A DNA stretch of 64,000 bases from the human T2T-CHM13v2.0 reference genome, Homo sapiens: NCBI RefSeq assembly GCF_009914755.1, contig NC_060929.1; one strand, given 5' to 3'. The position numbers were made by a program, and so were the translations under genes. This document shows, one piece after another, positions 43,929-57,140 of the stretch. The stretch's first letter is position 1. Each line of letters begins with the position of its first letter. The notes beneath the pieces were generated by a model. That model was not told where the DNA came from, did no database searches, and worked only from the letters and a program-made list of their open reading frames with translations.

Positions 43929-46900
43929 GAACCAGGGTTCTAGAGAAAATAAGCAGAAAACATAGAAACTGATGGAGGAGCATGAATGAAATAAAAATTT
44001 TTAAGGTTTAAAAGAATGATTTTCTACCTATAGCACTATTTGCTTGAACGATATCAAAACGGAATTATGCATTTTACTACAACTGGCTCTGACCAACTGT
44101 GATGCTAAAGAGCTATGAACTTCCATCATGTCTGCTCCGTTCTATTTGCCAAAATGGGTCACAAATCCAGCCGTGATTCAAGACATAGAGAAGCAGATTC
44201 TATGTCTTTAGGGAGAAGAACTGAAGAATTGCGTTGCTCAGAATGCAGAAACAGAGAGCAGTGACTGTTGAGGGATTTTCTTTTGCCCCATATTTCTTCT
44301 CCAGCTTGACTTTCAAGCAAGGTTGCTCTAGGAATTCTGGTAATTATCCCGAAAGTATTATTTCTTGAGAATTCCTTAGGGAAAACAACCAAGCCAGATA
44401 ATTCTGCAGTTAGGATCACTATTGACAATTCTCAACCGCATATCATATGGCCAACCAATTTTTAATACCCTATTTTGAATATGAACACATAACTAAGAAT
44501 TGCCAGACATCTCAATCTAAGAAATGTCCACAGAACAATAACAACAAAAAAAATAGAAACAAGCAATTTTGATAAAAATTATTATGCAGGGAAAAGAAAC
44601 CTTTAAAAAATGCCAACAACTTTGTATATATTACTAATAAAGTATGCATATTTATATATAATCACATATATTTAATATCCATAATATACCTTTGTGTACA
44701 CATATACACATAAAATAGTGTCACAGTAAATGCAATTCTTGGAATATATCTGTTTCAAAATTAACCCTAATTACCTCCTCAGAACTTCAGTATCATGATT
44801 TTTAAGTTGAATTCCCCACAAATGCTTTGTTAGGCATTGAGGGGGTGATCTTAGTCTTTTTAGCTCGGTATACTGTGCTTCCCACACTTATCCTTCCCCT
44901 TGCTATGAGATAAATTATGAGAAATTTACGTTAAATTCAAAGGAACTATTAATATTTTAAGGGAAAGAATTCATGGCCTAGACCTAATCACATAGTGAGT
45001 GTGGTAAAGAAAACTAACAGATCTTAGAAAGTTTTTCCCTGCGGAATCCAACATGAGTCTACTCACGCAGTAACTGGAGTAGAAGAAAAATATTAAACGT
45101 GCTGAATTTTCGACAGGACAAAATAAATGAAACATACAAAAACTGCAGATTTGAAACTTGGGGTACACAAATGTAATTCACTGTTTTCTCAAAACCATAA
45201 TAGGAAAAACTATGGTTGCCCAAAGCACTGCTGGCCAGAGATTCTTATGCATGTAAATTAGAATTGATTATTCTTTCCGATAAGTGAGTGGAAGGCTTGT
45301 GGGCCTGAGTTAATGAGGGATGTTCTCTGAATAAGTAAAATTTCGGCTGAGTGCTTACAGAAGACAGGAATCTGGAATGGAAAAGATGCACGGATTATTT
45401 TCTTCCAAATGTCAAGGACGATTTAAGTAAAGGAACAGAGGTGGGAGAAGGCACAATATGTGAAATGAATGAAAACTAGATTTGTCTAGGTATAATATAA
45501 GGTGTAGGCAGGAAAGTTTTAGAATCCAGCTTGTAGTGGTTAGATGAGTGAGCAGAAAATAATGCTGCAAGGATTTGTTCTTGACCTTCATGAAGGCATA
45601 TGGCACCTACCTGCATATATTTTAGGAAATAATGAACTAATATTCATGACAATAATGATATTTTATATTGTACAGTGCTTCTAAATATATAACATGTGAA
45701 AATATGGACCTTTAGTTGACTATGAAACTTATAGCAATCCTGTAGTATACAAAAGTCAGATGTTTTTAAATTCACTTGCATACTCATTTAATTAGTTCTC
45801 CTAACATTTACTGAGCATCTTGTATGTACCACGCCCCATTTTATGCTCTGGAAAAAAGAGCATGAATGAGGCACCCCTCTTATTTAAAAGAACAGTAGAT
45901 TGAAAAGTAAAACAATCTTTGGTGAGAGGCAAACATACAAACAATTTTCTGTGTTCTAGGAGCCTAACATATTTTGCTGAATGCATGGGTAAACATATAA
46001 GCTAAAATTTTAATTTTCACCATTTTAAATTGACATTCTATAATTCAAAGCATGCTATATACATAATATCCAAAAATCTCCACGATATCCCAGTAAATGA
46101 TGGGAAGATTACAACATAGATAGCACAACCTATCTGCAGGAATAATTTCTTATTTTAGCTGTGCATATAGTTATAGCCTTCCTGTCAATTATCTTATAAG
46201 ATGCTTAAAAGAGGGGCTTAATGTTTGAGTATTATTAATTATTACTTCTGGAGGGGATGATAATATCTTGCAGAAGACAAGACTTAATAAACTTAAAATG
46301 TCATTGAATTTAGCAGATGGCTTTGCTAGTGATATATTAAAAGGTACTGTTTAAATGACGATATTTAACATTTTATTTGTATTCAAGATTTAAAAAATAA
46401 GGCAATACACACATAGAAAATTAACCAGACAAAAATAAACTAATTTGAATCAGATCATTGTTCATTTGAAAATGGAAAAGTAGAGAATATTCAAGCTGCA
46501 ACATATAAACTATACAGACAGGTTTATATTTAGACTGCCATGTTTAGAAATGCTGTTAATTTTATTTATACTTTTATTCGATTTCAGAATTTGTAAAAGA
46601 GGTTTTCACATTACATTTAGTTCTCAAATGTATTGTCTCTGTAGAGCAGGGGAGTAAATTAGGAACAGGATTCACTGAATTACAAATGAGTAGAGTTCTG
46701 TAGATTTGGAGATTTACTATAATGTAAAATGTTAGACATGGACCTCTGAGCCGCAAAAGTCTTCTTGACTTCAAAGGTAAGTACTTACAAAATCTTAATC
46801 ATTTTGTTCTTTTTGGCTCTGTACATACTGAAATATGGCGATTTCGGCACAGTAGTAAGTAACTCAGATGATTCAGTGTTAGGATACCTTCTCTGAAGAT

Positions 46901-47281
46901 AAAGACCTGACCGTGAGAACAGTTCTCTATGATACACTTTACTGAATTAACCTTAACAAATACAGGGTTCCAGATCATTCCTGGAATCAATCTCCAAGTA
47001 ATGCATGCATATGCCAGGGAAATCATTGTGTGGTTCTAGATCTTCATCTGAGCTGTGGATATGGCGAATTAGTCAAAGCTATTCCAATAATGCTTAGATT
47101 TATCTTTCTTAATCCTGGAAAGCCTACGACGCCTGCGCCATGCTCTTGTACCCAGCCATTCTTCTATTGTTTTCTCAATGCCGTATAACTAACAAAATGA
47201 GGAGGATGTCTCCAGGCCCTACCCTCTTGTAAAATGAATGAAAGAAGGGTATCACAAAACAGTCTGAAAACAGCATAGTAC

Positions 47282-47917
47282 TGTCAGAGGCATTTGAACC
47301 AGAGCAATTCCATCTTGATGAGGGCTGGGTGAAATAAGGCTGAGACCTACTGGGCTGCATTCCCAGGTTAGGCATTCTTAGTGACAGGATGAGACAGGAG
47401 GTCTGTACAGGTCGTAGAGACCTTGATGATAAAACAAATTGCAATAAAGAAGCCGGTGAAAACCCACCAAAACCAAGATGGCGACAAGAGTATCCTCCTC
47501 ACTGACCCCAAGAGTGGGTCGTCCTCACTGCTCATTATGCACTAATTACAATGTGTCCACATTAAAAGACACTCCCACAAGCACCATGACAGGTTACAGA
47601 TCCCATTGCAATGTCCGGAAGTTACCCTATATGGTCTAAACTGGGAAAGAATCCTCATTCGGGGAATTGCCTACCTCTTTCCCAGAAAACATGAATAATC
47701 CACCCCTTGTTTAGCATATAATCAAGAAATAGCTATAAGTATCATGTAGCCAGCAGCTCAAGCCACTGCTCTGTCCATGAAGTAGCCATTTTTTTAGACT
47801 TCTACTCTCTTATAAACTTGTTTTCACTTTACTCTATGAATTAACCCCAAATTCTCCCTTGCTCAACATCCAAGGACCCTCTCTTCGGGTCTGGATCAAG
47901 ACCTCTTTCCAGTAACA
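47282..47917 (+). mobile_element. MER41B solo LTR (ERV1)
   Basis: TGTCAGAGGCATTTGAACCAGAGC...GTAACA with TSD GTAC/GTGC. Contains the segment with tandem TTCNNNGAA motifs that MER41A lacks. Confidence 0.92.
47658..47687. promoter_or_regulatory. Tandem GAS (STAT) motifs within MER41B
   Basis: TTCGGGGAA at 47658-47666 and TTCCCAGAA at 47679-47687 both fit TTCNNNGAA. Activity is not shown by sequence. Confidence 0.6.
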
Positions 47918-47994
47918 GTGCTAGAAACAACACAAATCCCTGAGAACATAAACACATTGAAAATACTTATTATATGCCTGTCATGTTATATTTT

Positions 47995-48160
47995 TTACAT
48001 ACATCTTATCATTTTATGCTCACAACTCTATATAAACAGCCTTCTTATTATCTCACTTTTAAAGATGAGAAAACCCAAGTTTACAAAGCTCAAGTACAGT
48101 CCAAAATCACACTTAGAGTAAATGACAAAGAATTAAACACAAACTTGTTGAAGTTCAAAA
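47995..48160 (-). mobile_element. MIR SINE
   Basis: TTATCTCACTTTTAAAGATGAGAAAACCCAAG...CCAAAATCACAC core motif. Confidence 0.7.
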
Positions 48161-48499
48161 CACACTGTAATAGGGAAAATAGAACACAATATCCATTTTA
48201 CCTATACTCAAAGAAAACTACATAATAAATTATTATCTAATAGTTATACTTTGCTCTTTTTGAAAGCTGTACCCTATCACTTTAGTTCACTTGGTGCTTT
48301 TGATAAATATCAGAATTTCTCCATCCTGGATATAGTGACATTAGGGATTATATTTATTTTTAAGCTTTAAGAAATACTTCATAAACATTTTAGAAAGGGT
48401 CAAAAATTGCCTTGTGAAAATTATAAGAAACTTATAAAATATGTAAACAGAATTCTTCCCTAAAACACATATATTTCTATATGCATAAAACCTTGAAAA

Positions 48500-48702
48500 T
48501 ATATATAGTATATATATATATAGAGAGAGAGAGACAGAGAGAATCCTATATTTCAGTGTGTATGTGTGTGTATATATATATATCAATATCACAAATTTAT
48601 CACAAATTCTTGAATCCTATATATATGTGTATATAAATAGACACAATGAAATGTTGAATCATATATATATAAAATACGTATCGAATCATATATATATATA
48701 TG
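48500..48702. repeat. Compound (TA)/(GA)/(TG) microsatellite cluster with repeated GAATC(C)TATAT
   Basis: Seen directly. Confidence 0.8.
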
Positions 48703-49009
48703 ATTTTTAGGAACAACAGCTTACAGGGAGCCATGGCATGCAATTTTTTTTAAAATTACTTTTTTTTTTAGAAAAATTACTTTTGCTTTTTAGATCCCTT
48801 ATGTAAGCCATATAAGAAATAAGTAGCAGATAATTGTTTTTTCATCTTTTTAATAAAAATTATGTTCTCATTGTTTATTGCCAATGTCATTACATGCATT
48901 TTTATTATATAGTCTATATGCAAAGACCATTAATTAAATATATTAACAACGCATTAAAAAGTAAAAATGCGAAACAAGATTATAAGCTTGGTATCGTTTT
49001 GAACAGAGG

Positions 49010-49982
49010 TCTCAGAACTGTGTCTTCAATTGTGTTCTAGTAAACATTTTAATCGGTAACTTGGATGAGCATATAGAGAACAAGCTCCTATGTTCATTAG
49101 ATTTGTGGGTCACTGGAATCTTGAAGGATTAGTGAATGCATTGCAGAATAATTATAATACAGAAATGATCTTACAATACTGTAAGGATGGGCTGAATTGA
49201 ACAAATTAAATGTAGTAGAGAGGCACACATGGAAGATACCATACTTGGATCCAAATTGCAAATGATATAAGCACTGAATTAGCATCAGCATGTGACAAAA
49301 ATATTTAAGTGATTTACAGGACAGTAAATTCAATGTGAGCTAGCCTGTGATGTGGCTTTCAAGAACACTAATCAGGCAAGCTCAGAATAAAAGAAAGCGG
49401 AACTCAACTGAGTGTGTATTATTTCTGTTCAGATATTTCTGTTCAGATAATATGTGAGTATTGTTAATTCTGACTACTACATTTTCAACATGATAATAAG
49501 AAATTCTGGGGTATTCTATTTAGGACAGTCTTCACTAAATAATTGAAATATCTTACAAAGAACATTTAAAGGACTGTTATATTCTCGAAGGATATAACCT
49601 TTAAGGAGGAATAATTTTCTTTGAGAAGAGAACGGAAAGCATGAATGTGTTAATTAGACAGGCAGCTTAAGGTAGGGAGATGATGTTTACCAAACTTTAA
49701 AAAAAATCATTTAGAAAAGAAAATGCATTTGATATTCAGAGTTTGAATTGTTTGAACGAGAACCAGTGGGTGAAAATGACCAAGGAACCTATTGGGCACA
49801 TATTTGTTTGCTTAACACCTGTGATGCCTTATACAACACAGCTATTCTTCCAGGGCCTGAGTGTACATATGAAGACGTTGCCCTGGCCAGGAGACATCAC
49901 ATAGTTTAGGGTCTCAAAATAAGAATTTTGTTTTTAAAATACCACTTAAGTATTCCTTCTAATTTTGACATTTTATGACTCT
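49010..49982 (+). mobile_element. CR1/L3 LINE 3' fragment (RT region to 3' end)
   Basis: AACTTGGATGAGCATATAGAG...AAATGATCTTACAATACTG...GATGGGCTGAA...TCAATGTGAG...TGTGATGTGGCT, ending TTCCTTCTAATTTTGACATTTTATGACTCT as in L3. Confidence 0.7.
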
Positions 49983-50393
49983 TTTACTTATGATTTCATC
50001 ATATCTTAGCAATAATTATTTTTACAATCCTAATGATATATTTAAACACCAACGAATACTTCTTGATGAGTACAGATCCTCATCTGATGACTTGCATTGT
50101 AAGCAAACAAAACTAAATTTCCTAACTAACCTACAGAGCAACTGAAGACACTGCTATAGTTGAGATACCAGGCATGTTTCTTTGAGAACCCAGCTATTTC
50201 CTTCTGTGGCAGAGGTTCTACAAAATATATTCAGGCTTCAGTGAAAATATTTGAGCATGTGGTTTGACTCAGCCAGAATGTGAACACATAGATGCTACTC
50301 AGCAGAAAGAGAAAACCTCACCTTTCAATGGTTTGATAGAAGTCTTTCCAACCAAGCGACTAGCTTTCACATATACCCCTATGATCTGATTCT

Positions 50394-50953
50394 TGTTAAA
50401 GAAAAATATCACACTGGACCATAAATCCACACGAGTTGTTTTTGTTGCCACCAATAGGGAAGAGGGCACAGACGAAGTATGGGTACCCCTGCTTCGTGGA
50501 GACCAAAGGCTGGAGAGTTGTTAAGAGCTGGGAGGGGAGCAGGAAGAGATCATAGGCCTCTTTCTTTGCTGGTTCACTTTAGCCAATGGAAAGTGGAAAG
50601 TAACCTTTCTTCTCTCTTTATGACAGAGCCAGTTTTACAACTTGGAGCAATATGCCCCCAGAAGTTCAACTCCTACCCTCCCACAAAGACTGAGAGATAA
50701 GGACAGTGCTGTCTTCCTTGACAATGACATTTCAAAGGGATGCCCCCTAAGTGGTTGAGAAAGATATTACTGTGGTATAAAACTGTTAAAAAGCCTTTTA
50801 AAAAATCTGAATCTCAAAGGGGCAGATAAACTTTGCGATGACAAATTTCTAAAGTAAATGCTCTAAGAAAAGGCAGGTCAGGGGACTTCATGCAGGAGGA
50901 AGCCTGTCTAAAGTTTAGTCAAGCAGGGGAGCATTTTAAGGCTGTCTTGGTCA
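50394..50953 (-). mobile_element. MER67-like ERV1 LTR
   Basis: GAAGCCTGTCTAAAGTTTAGTCAAGC...AAGGCTGTCTTGGTCA is the reverse complement of the MER67 5' start. Also AAAGTAAATGCTCTAAGAAAAG. Confidence 0.75.
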
Positions 50954-51999
50954 CCCTGTAAGTCCAGAGAGCTTTCCTATCCTAAGTGGGATGACTCAGT
51001 AAGTGTTAGACTCTCTCTGGAAAATAAGGCCTCAGAAAGGCCAAGATCTTTCTCAAAATGAAAGTTTACTTAGTTTTCCTTGTGGATTTGAATATTTTAT
51101 TACTGGTGATTCATACGCTCCTGAGACAAAGTATACCCAATAAAGTGGATATAGCCATTTTTCGAGAGGTTAGAACAGAACATAGGGAGAATATTCACTA
51201 TTCAATTTCTGGAGAAAGCTTAAGATTAGTTTTAAAGAAAAATAATGCGAAAGCTAAAATTTTCATTGAACAAAGTGGGAGATACTTTTTGCTTTGTTTT
51301 GGTTTTGTTTGTTTTTTAGATAAAAAAGGAAAGGGTTTAGATAACTCACAGCAATTTTTACTGTACGTGGTGGAATAATAGGGTAAGACATAAATGGAGT
51401 CTGTCACATGAGCAATGAAAATGTCATTCTAAACCTTGGAATGGAGAGAAACCTGGAGAAATAAGCAGAGAATAGAGAAAATTTGTAATTATGGTAAATA
51501 TCCTACCTAGAACCCTAAAAGGAGATGTAATTCTCCCCAAACCCTCAGCTAACCACATGGAAGATAGAGGTGAGATATCCAAAATACCAGATGGGTTCAG
51601 GAAGAATAATAAATCAAAACATGTCAACTATCCTATTTAGAATTCTGTCTGGATTCTACATCAAAGCATACCTTGGGAGCTTGGGTGGCTATACTTACGT
51701 ATAAATGGTGGCATGACATGGTTAAGCCATGAAAGTCCCCAAGATATAACTCCTATCTCTGCCTGCAAGTGATAAAATGAAAATGCAGATATCCCCATGC
51801 ATTTCAACTGTATAATTGCCTAAGTGTTAAAAGGTGCTAGAAGGGAAGAGTCCTGGGGTCAAAATGAGTAGGGTACAGAGTGTGTGGAACTTCAATGAGG
51901 GAACTTATCAAGGACTGCGGTTATCACCAGTAGTTGTCAGAACAAGACCAAAGGCCAGTTAGGGCCAGTTTCTGCCTGGATAGCAGTAGATATGCAGAG

Positions 52000-52700
52000 C
52001 CACGCCAGAAGTTGGGTTTCCTGGAAAACTGTTGCTGAGATTCAGAGTTCCATGTCAGAGGTTCATTAAGGAATACTCTGAGGAGCGTCATCAATGAGGA
52101 CAGCAGCACTGGGCATAAAGAGACACTGAGCTGAGTGCTGAAACTCAGGCAGTCCTTCAGAAATGCACTCACTGAACCAGAATCAATCAGTCTTCGTATG
52201 CAGGCTGCTTCATGACTTGATAGGTGGCAGCTTTTTTCCACCCAGGGAAATACCGATATTAGGGTTTGATATGGTTTGGACTTTTCCCCACCCAAATCTC
52301 ATCTTGAATTCCCACATGTTGTGCCAGGGAGCCCGTTGGAAGTAAATGAATCATGGGGGCAGGTTTTTCCTGTGCTGTTCTTGTGATAGTGAATAAATCT
52401 CACCATGTCTGATGGTAATTATAAGGGGGAGTTTTCCTGCACGAGCTTTCTTCTCTGGTCGGCCACCATGTCAGACATGCCTTTCACCTTCCACCATGAT
52501 TGTGAGGCTTGCCCAGCCGCCTGAAACTGTGAGTTCTCCATTAAACCTCTTTCCTTTGTAATTTGCCCCTTCTCCGGTATGTCTTTATCAGCGCCATGAA
52601 AACGGATTAACACGGGGTTCATTGTTCAACCTTCAGCATGCACCATCCTCCGAAGCTGGAGGAATAAATGCCTTGGTCCTGAGGAGAGACTCATAGAATC
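52000..52700 (-). mobile_element. LTR16-like (ERVL) relic interrupted by THE1
   Basis: GGGTTTCCTGGAAAAC...CTGAGA...AGGTTCATTAAGGAATACTCTG. Degenerate. Confidence 0.5.
52267..52614 (+). mobile_element. THE1 (B-like) MaLR solo LTR
   Basis: TGATATGGTTTGG...CCCCACCCAAATCTCATCTTGAATT...ATTAAACCTCTTTCC with 5-bp TSD GGGTT/GGGTT. Confidence 0.93.
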
Positions 52701-53235
52701 TCCAAGGCCATATCAGGTGGAACAACTCAGCAGAGGCCTTCTAGTTGATAGGCTATTATACAAGATTTCTCCAGGAAGCAGAAACCTCTAATAAAGCAAG
52801 ACAGAGGGGAATTAGGAGATTTATCTTCATTTCTACCAAGTACCTGGTAGCCACTACCAGTCTAGGACCACTTTAAATGAACTTATTTGAGTTATTTTGA
52901 GCTATGCAGATAATGAGGACTAGAACTACAAGGCTGCAAAAGGTCAGGCTGTAGTTACATTTTCATGCAGTCCTTTTATTATTACACACCCATGTAGTGT
53001 GTGTGTGTGCGCGTAGTTTATTTTTGGTTCATCCTTAACTTCAGGTTGCAACACTATGAGTGTCTCAGCTTAATGGCAGGGGTGGGGGTGCTCTCGTCTT
53101 AGTCTCCTAATTTTAGGCAGGTTTAGGATCCTTAGCTCTTTCTCTCACACCACAGAAAGTCTTGAAATCTCAGCACACATTCCATAGAACAGCAAATGCT
53201 CTCAGGGGAACGCTCTTCTTTTTTCTCAATTTGAC

Positions 53236-53616
53236 TTTTTAAAAGTTATTATTTTAGAATCAATGGGTACATGCGTAGCTTTGTTACATAGGTATATTGC
53301 TTAATGCTAGGGTTTGGGCTTCTGTGGAACCAATTACCAGAACAGTAAGCATAGTACACATTGGGTCTTTTTTCCACTTTTCCCTTTTCCCCTCTGCCCC
53401 CATTTTGGAGTCCCTGGTGTCTATAGTTTGCATCTTTATGTCCTTATGCTCCCATTGTTTAACTCCCACTTGTTAATGAGAACATGCAGTTTTTGACTTT
53501 CTGTTTTGGAGGCACTTCACTTAGGATAGTGGCCTTAAGTCCCATTCATGTTGCTGAAAATCACGTGATTTTTTAATCCTTTTGTGTCTGAGTAGTATTC
53601 CATGGTGTATACATAA

Positions 53617-53650
<34 letters not shown>

Positions 53651-55690
53651 GTGTATATATATATACATATATATATACACATGTCTCCTTCATTGCTGGA
53701 AACTCAGGTTGATCTCACGACTTTTCTATTGTGAATAGTGCTGTGATAAACATACATAATGTAGGTGCCTTTTGAGAAAATTTATTTTGGGAAGGTAGAT
53801 ACTCAATAGTAGGATTGTTGGATCAAATGATAGTTCAGCTTTTATTTCTTGAGAAATCTCCATGGTGTTTTCCACAGGGGTTGAACTAATTTACATTCCC
53901 ATCAATAATGTATAAGCATTCCCCTTTCTCCCAATCCTTGCCAACATGTTATTTTTTGACTGAATAGTGCCCATACTGACTGGTGTGAGATGGTATCCCA
54001 TTGTGGTTTTAATTTGCATTTTTCTGATGATTAGTGATATTAAGCATTTTTTTTTTTCATGTTTGTTGGCCACTTGTATGTCTTCTTTTGAGAAATACCT
54101 GTTCATATCCTTGGCTCACTTTTTAATGGCTTTGTTTTTTTCTTGTTGATTTGTTTAAGTTCCTTATAGATTCTGGATATTATTTCTTTGTTGGGTACAT
54201 AGTATGCAGCTATTTTCTTTCATTCTGTAGGTTGTCTGTTTGCTCGGTTGATTGTGTCTATGCTTTGCAGAAGTTCTTTAGTTTTTAGTTTTATTAATTC
54301 CCATTTGTTGATTTTTGTTTCTGTTGCATTTATCTCTGAGGTCTTAATCATACATTTTTGCGTAGGCCAATATCCAAAAAAGTTTTTCCTAGGTTTTCTT
54401 TTAGAATTTTTATAACTTAAAGTCTTCCATTTCAATCTTTAATCCATCTTGAGTTAATTTTTAAATGTGATGAGACATTGAGGTTCCAGTTTTATTCTTC
54501 TACATACGACTAGCCAGTTTTCCCAACATCATTTATTGAATAGTTTTCTTTCCCCATTGTTTATTTTTGTTCACTTTGTCAAAGATCAGTTGGTTGTAGG
54601 TGTGTGCCTTTATTTCTGGGTTCTCTATTCTGTCCCATTGATCTATGTGTCTGTATTTGTACCCGTACCATGGTGTTTTGGTTACTATAACTTTGTAGTA
54701 TAAAGTTAGGTAATATGATACCAACAGATTTTTTTCTCTTTTTTTTGCCTAGTATTGCTTTGGCTACTTGGACTCTTCTTTTTTTTTTTTTTTGGCTCTT
54801 TATGAATTGTAGAATTGGTTTTTCTAATTATGTGAAAAACAATTTGGTAATTTGATAGGAATTACATTGAATCTCTAGGTTGCTTTAGGCAATATGGTCA
54901 TTGTAACAATATTGATTTTTCTAATCCATGAGCATGGAATGTTTTTGCATTTGTTTGTGCGGTTTATAATTTCTTTCAGCAGTGTTTTGTAGTTATCCTT
55001 GTAGAAATCTTTCACCTCCTGGGTTAAGCATATTCCTAGCTTTTTTTTTCTTTTTTCTTTTTTTTTTTGCTATTGTAAATGGGATTGCAGTCTTGATTGC
55101 CTCTCAGTCTGAATGCTGTTGATGTGTAGAAATGCTATTGATTTTTGTAGACTGATTTTATATCCTGCAGCTTTGCTGAAGACATTTATTATTTCTAGGA
55201 GTCTTTGGGATGAATCCTTAGGGTTTTCTAGATATAGATAGAATCATATTGTCAGTGGAAAAAGATAAATTGACTTTCTCTTATCCGATTTGGATACATT
55301 TTATTTCTTTCTCTTGCCTGATTTATCTGGCTAGGCCTTCCAGTACTAGGTTGAGTAGGAGTGGTGAGAGTGGACATCCTTATCTGGTTTTAGTTGTTAG
55401 AGGGAATGCTACCAGCTCTTTCCCTTTCAGTATGATATTGGCTGTGGGTTTGTTACAAATAGCTCTATTATTTTGAGGTGTGTTTCTTTGATGCCTAGTT
55501 TGTTCAAGGTTTTAAATCATGAATGGATGTTGGATGTTTTTGAATAATTTTTCTGCATGTATTGAAATGATTATATGGTTTTTGTTTTTACTTTTGCTTA
55601 TGTGGTGAATGCATCTATTGATTTTTGTATGTTGAACCATTTTTACACTGCAGGCCAATATTTCTGATGAAGATAGGTGAAGAAACTCTC
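53236..55690 (-). mobile_element. 5'-truncated L1 (old L1PA/L1PB) with a short 5' inversion
   Basis: Antisense ORF2 remnants ([16 protein letters not shown]; [27 protein letters not shown]) and 3'UTR. Internal (TG)n(TA)n at ~53618-53680. Confidence 0.95.
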
Positions 55691-56123
55691 GATCTAACAT
55701 TTTTTTTTTTATTTATAGGTTCTTACTATATCGTCAGTTCTTTAAGACATTAAAGAATATTTTTCAAAATATCTTCCAGCCTTTTTGTCTTCATTAAGAG
55801 AGCTGATCCAGATTCCTAATAAATGTTATAAACATAAAGTCAACACTTTAATGTAATTACATTAAGAAAAAACTAAGCTATTAAAATTACAACATTTTGG
55901 AAAAACTCTGATTTTTTAACAAAATGTAAAACATTACTTTGAAATACTCTATGTACTAAAATTATATGTCTATGTGTGCATATATGGAAAACAAACATTT
56001 GAAAAAAATCAATGACTTATTTACCTCATTTTATTTACACTCTACCTAGTGTTTACACAGAGCTAACATCAAATTACAGGTATAGTATAAATTTTATAAA
56101 TATTACCTGTAGAAATAAAAATA

Positions 56124-56430
56124 GGACAGAGCACAGTTGCTAACACCCATAATTCTAGCACTTTGAGAGGCCCAGGCATGTCAATCTCTTGAGTCCAGGA
56201 GTTCAAGATCAGCCTGGGCAACATGTGAGACCACATCTCTAGAAAAAAATACAAAAATTACCAGATATGGTGGCACTTTCCTGTAGCCCCAGCTACTCCA
56301 AAGGGTAAGGTGGGAAAATCATCTGGGCCGAAGAGATCGAGGGTAGTGAGCCATGATCTTGCTACTGCACTCCAGCCTGGGTAACAGAGTGAGATCCTGT
56401 CTCAAAAAAATAAAGAAATAAAATAAAAAC
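56124..56430 (+). mobile_element. AluJ
   Basis: CTTGAGTCCAGGAGTTCAAGATCAGCCTGGGCAACAT (J diagnostic). Diverged dimer with A-rich tail. Confidence 0.92.
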
Positions 56431-56849
56431 AGTTTCTTATGCTAACTCTAGTGCTTTTATAATATTAGGGACAGCTATGTACTGTATATGGCTCTCTTAA
56501 GCCTCCTTGTAAATCATCTTACAGTTTTATGCTTAAGACAATTAAAATTTATTGAGAGTTTTTGGTGATGATTCAGTGGAACTAATTTTAAATCAAAATA
56601 TTTTTAGAACCCCTTTTCACAAACAATAAATTTTATCTCTAGTAAAATAAAATAAAAAAAACCAAAAACACTTTCTTATTAAGTGCACCCATATTACTTT
56701 CTTGTTTAATCATGTTGATAGGAGAGAAAATTATAAATAATTATTAGAGGAACTCATCTTTCTTGAGAAGTGGTCCCGGCAAGTCTTAGAACTTTCCTTT
56801 TGTAAATGTATTGACTTCTCACATCAAGACTTTGAAACAGGCACTAGAA

Positions 56850-57140
56850 CACTGTGCAGTAGACAAGAGCATCTGTTTTGAATCCAGAGATTTTAATTCA
56901 AATGTTCCTTAATGTCCTTCTGCCTGTGTAAATTCAGGTGAGTTAATTAAGTCATTGGCAACTATCAAATATAAGCAGTAATATATAAATCTCATGTGAT
57001 TGTACTTAGGGTCACATGAATTGATTTCTAACTCTTTCAGTGCCTGAATGATGTCTGACACATAATAAGCTCTTAAGAGATACTAAAGATGATGAAATTG
57101 AGGCACTGAAGCTTAACTAGGTTTCTTATGTCACAAAGAT
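56850..57140. mobile_element. MIR fragments
   Basis: GCAGTAGACAAGAGCA...TTTGAATCCAGAGA...TTCAAAT (plus strand) and GATGATGAAATTGAGGCACTGAAG...GTCACA (minus strand). Confidence 0.55.
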
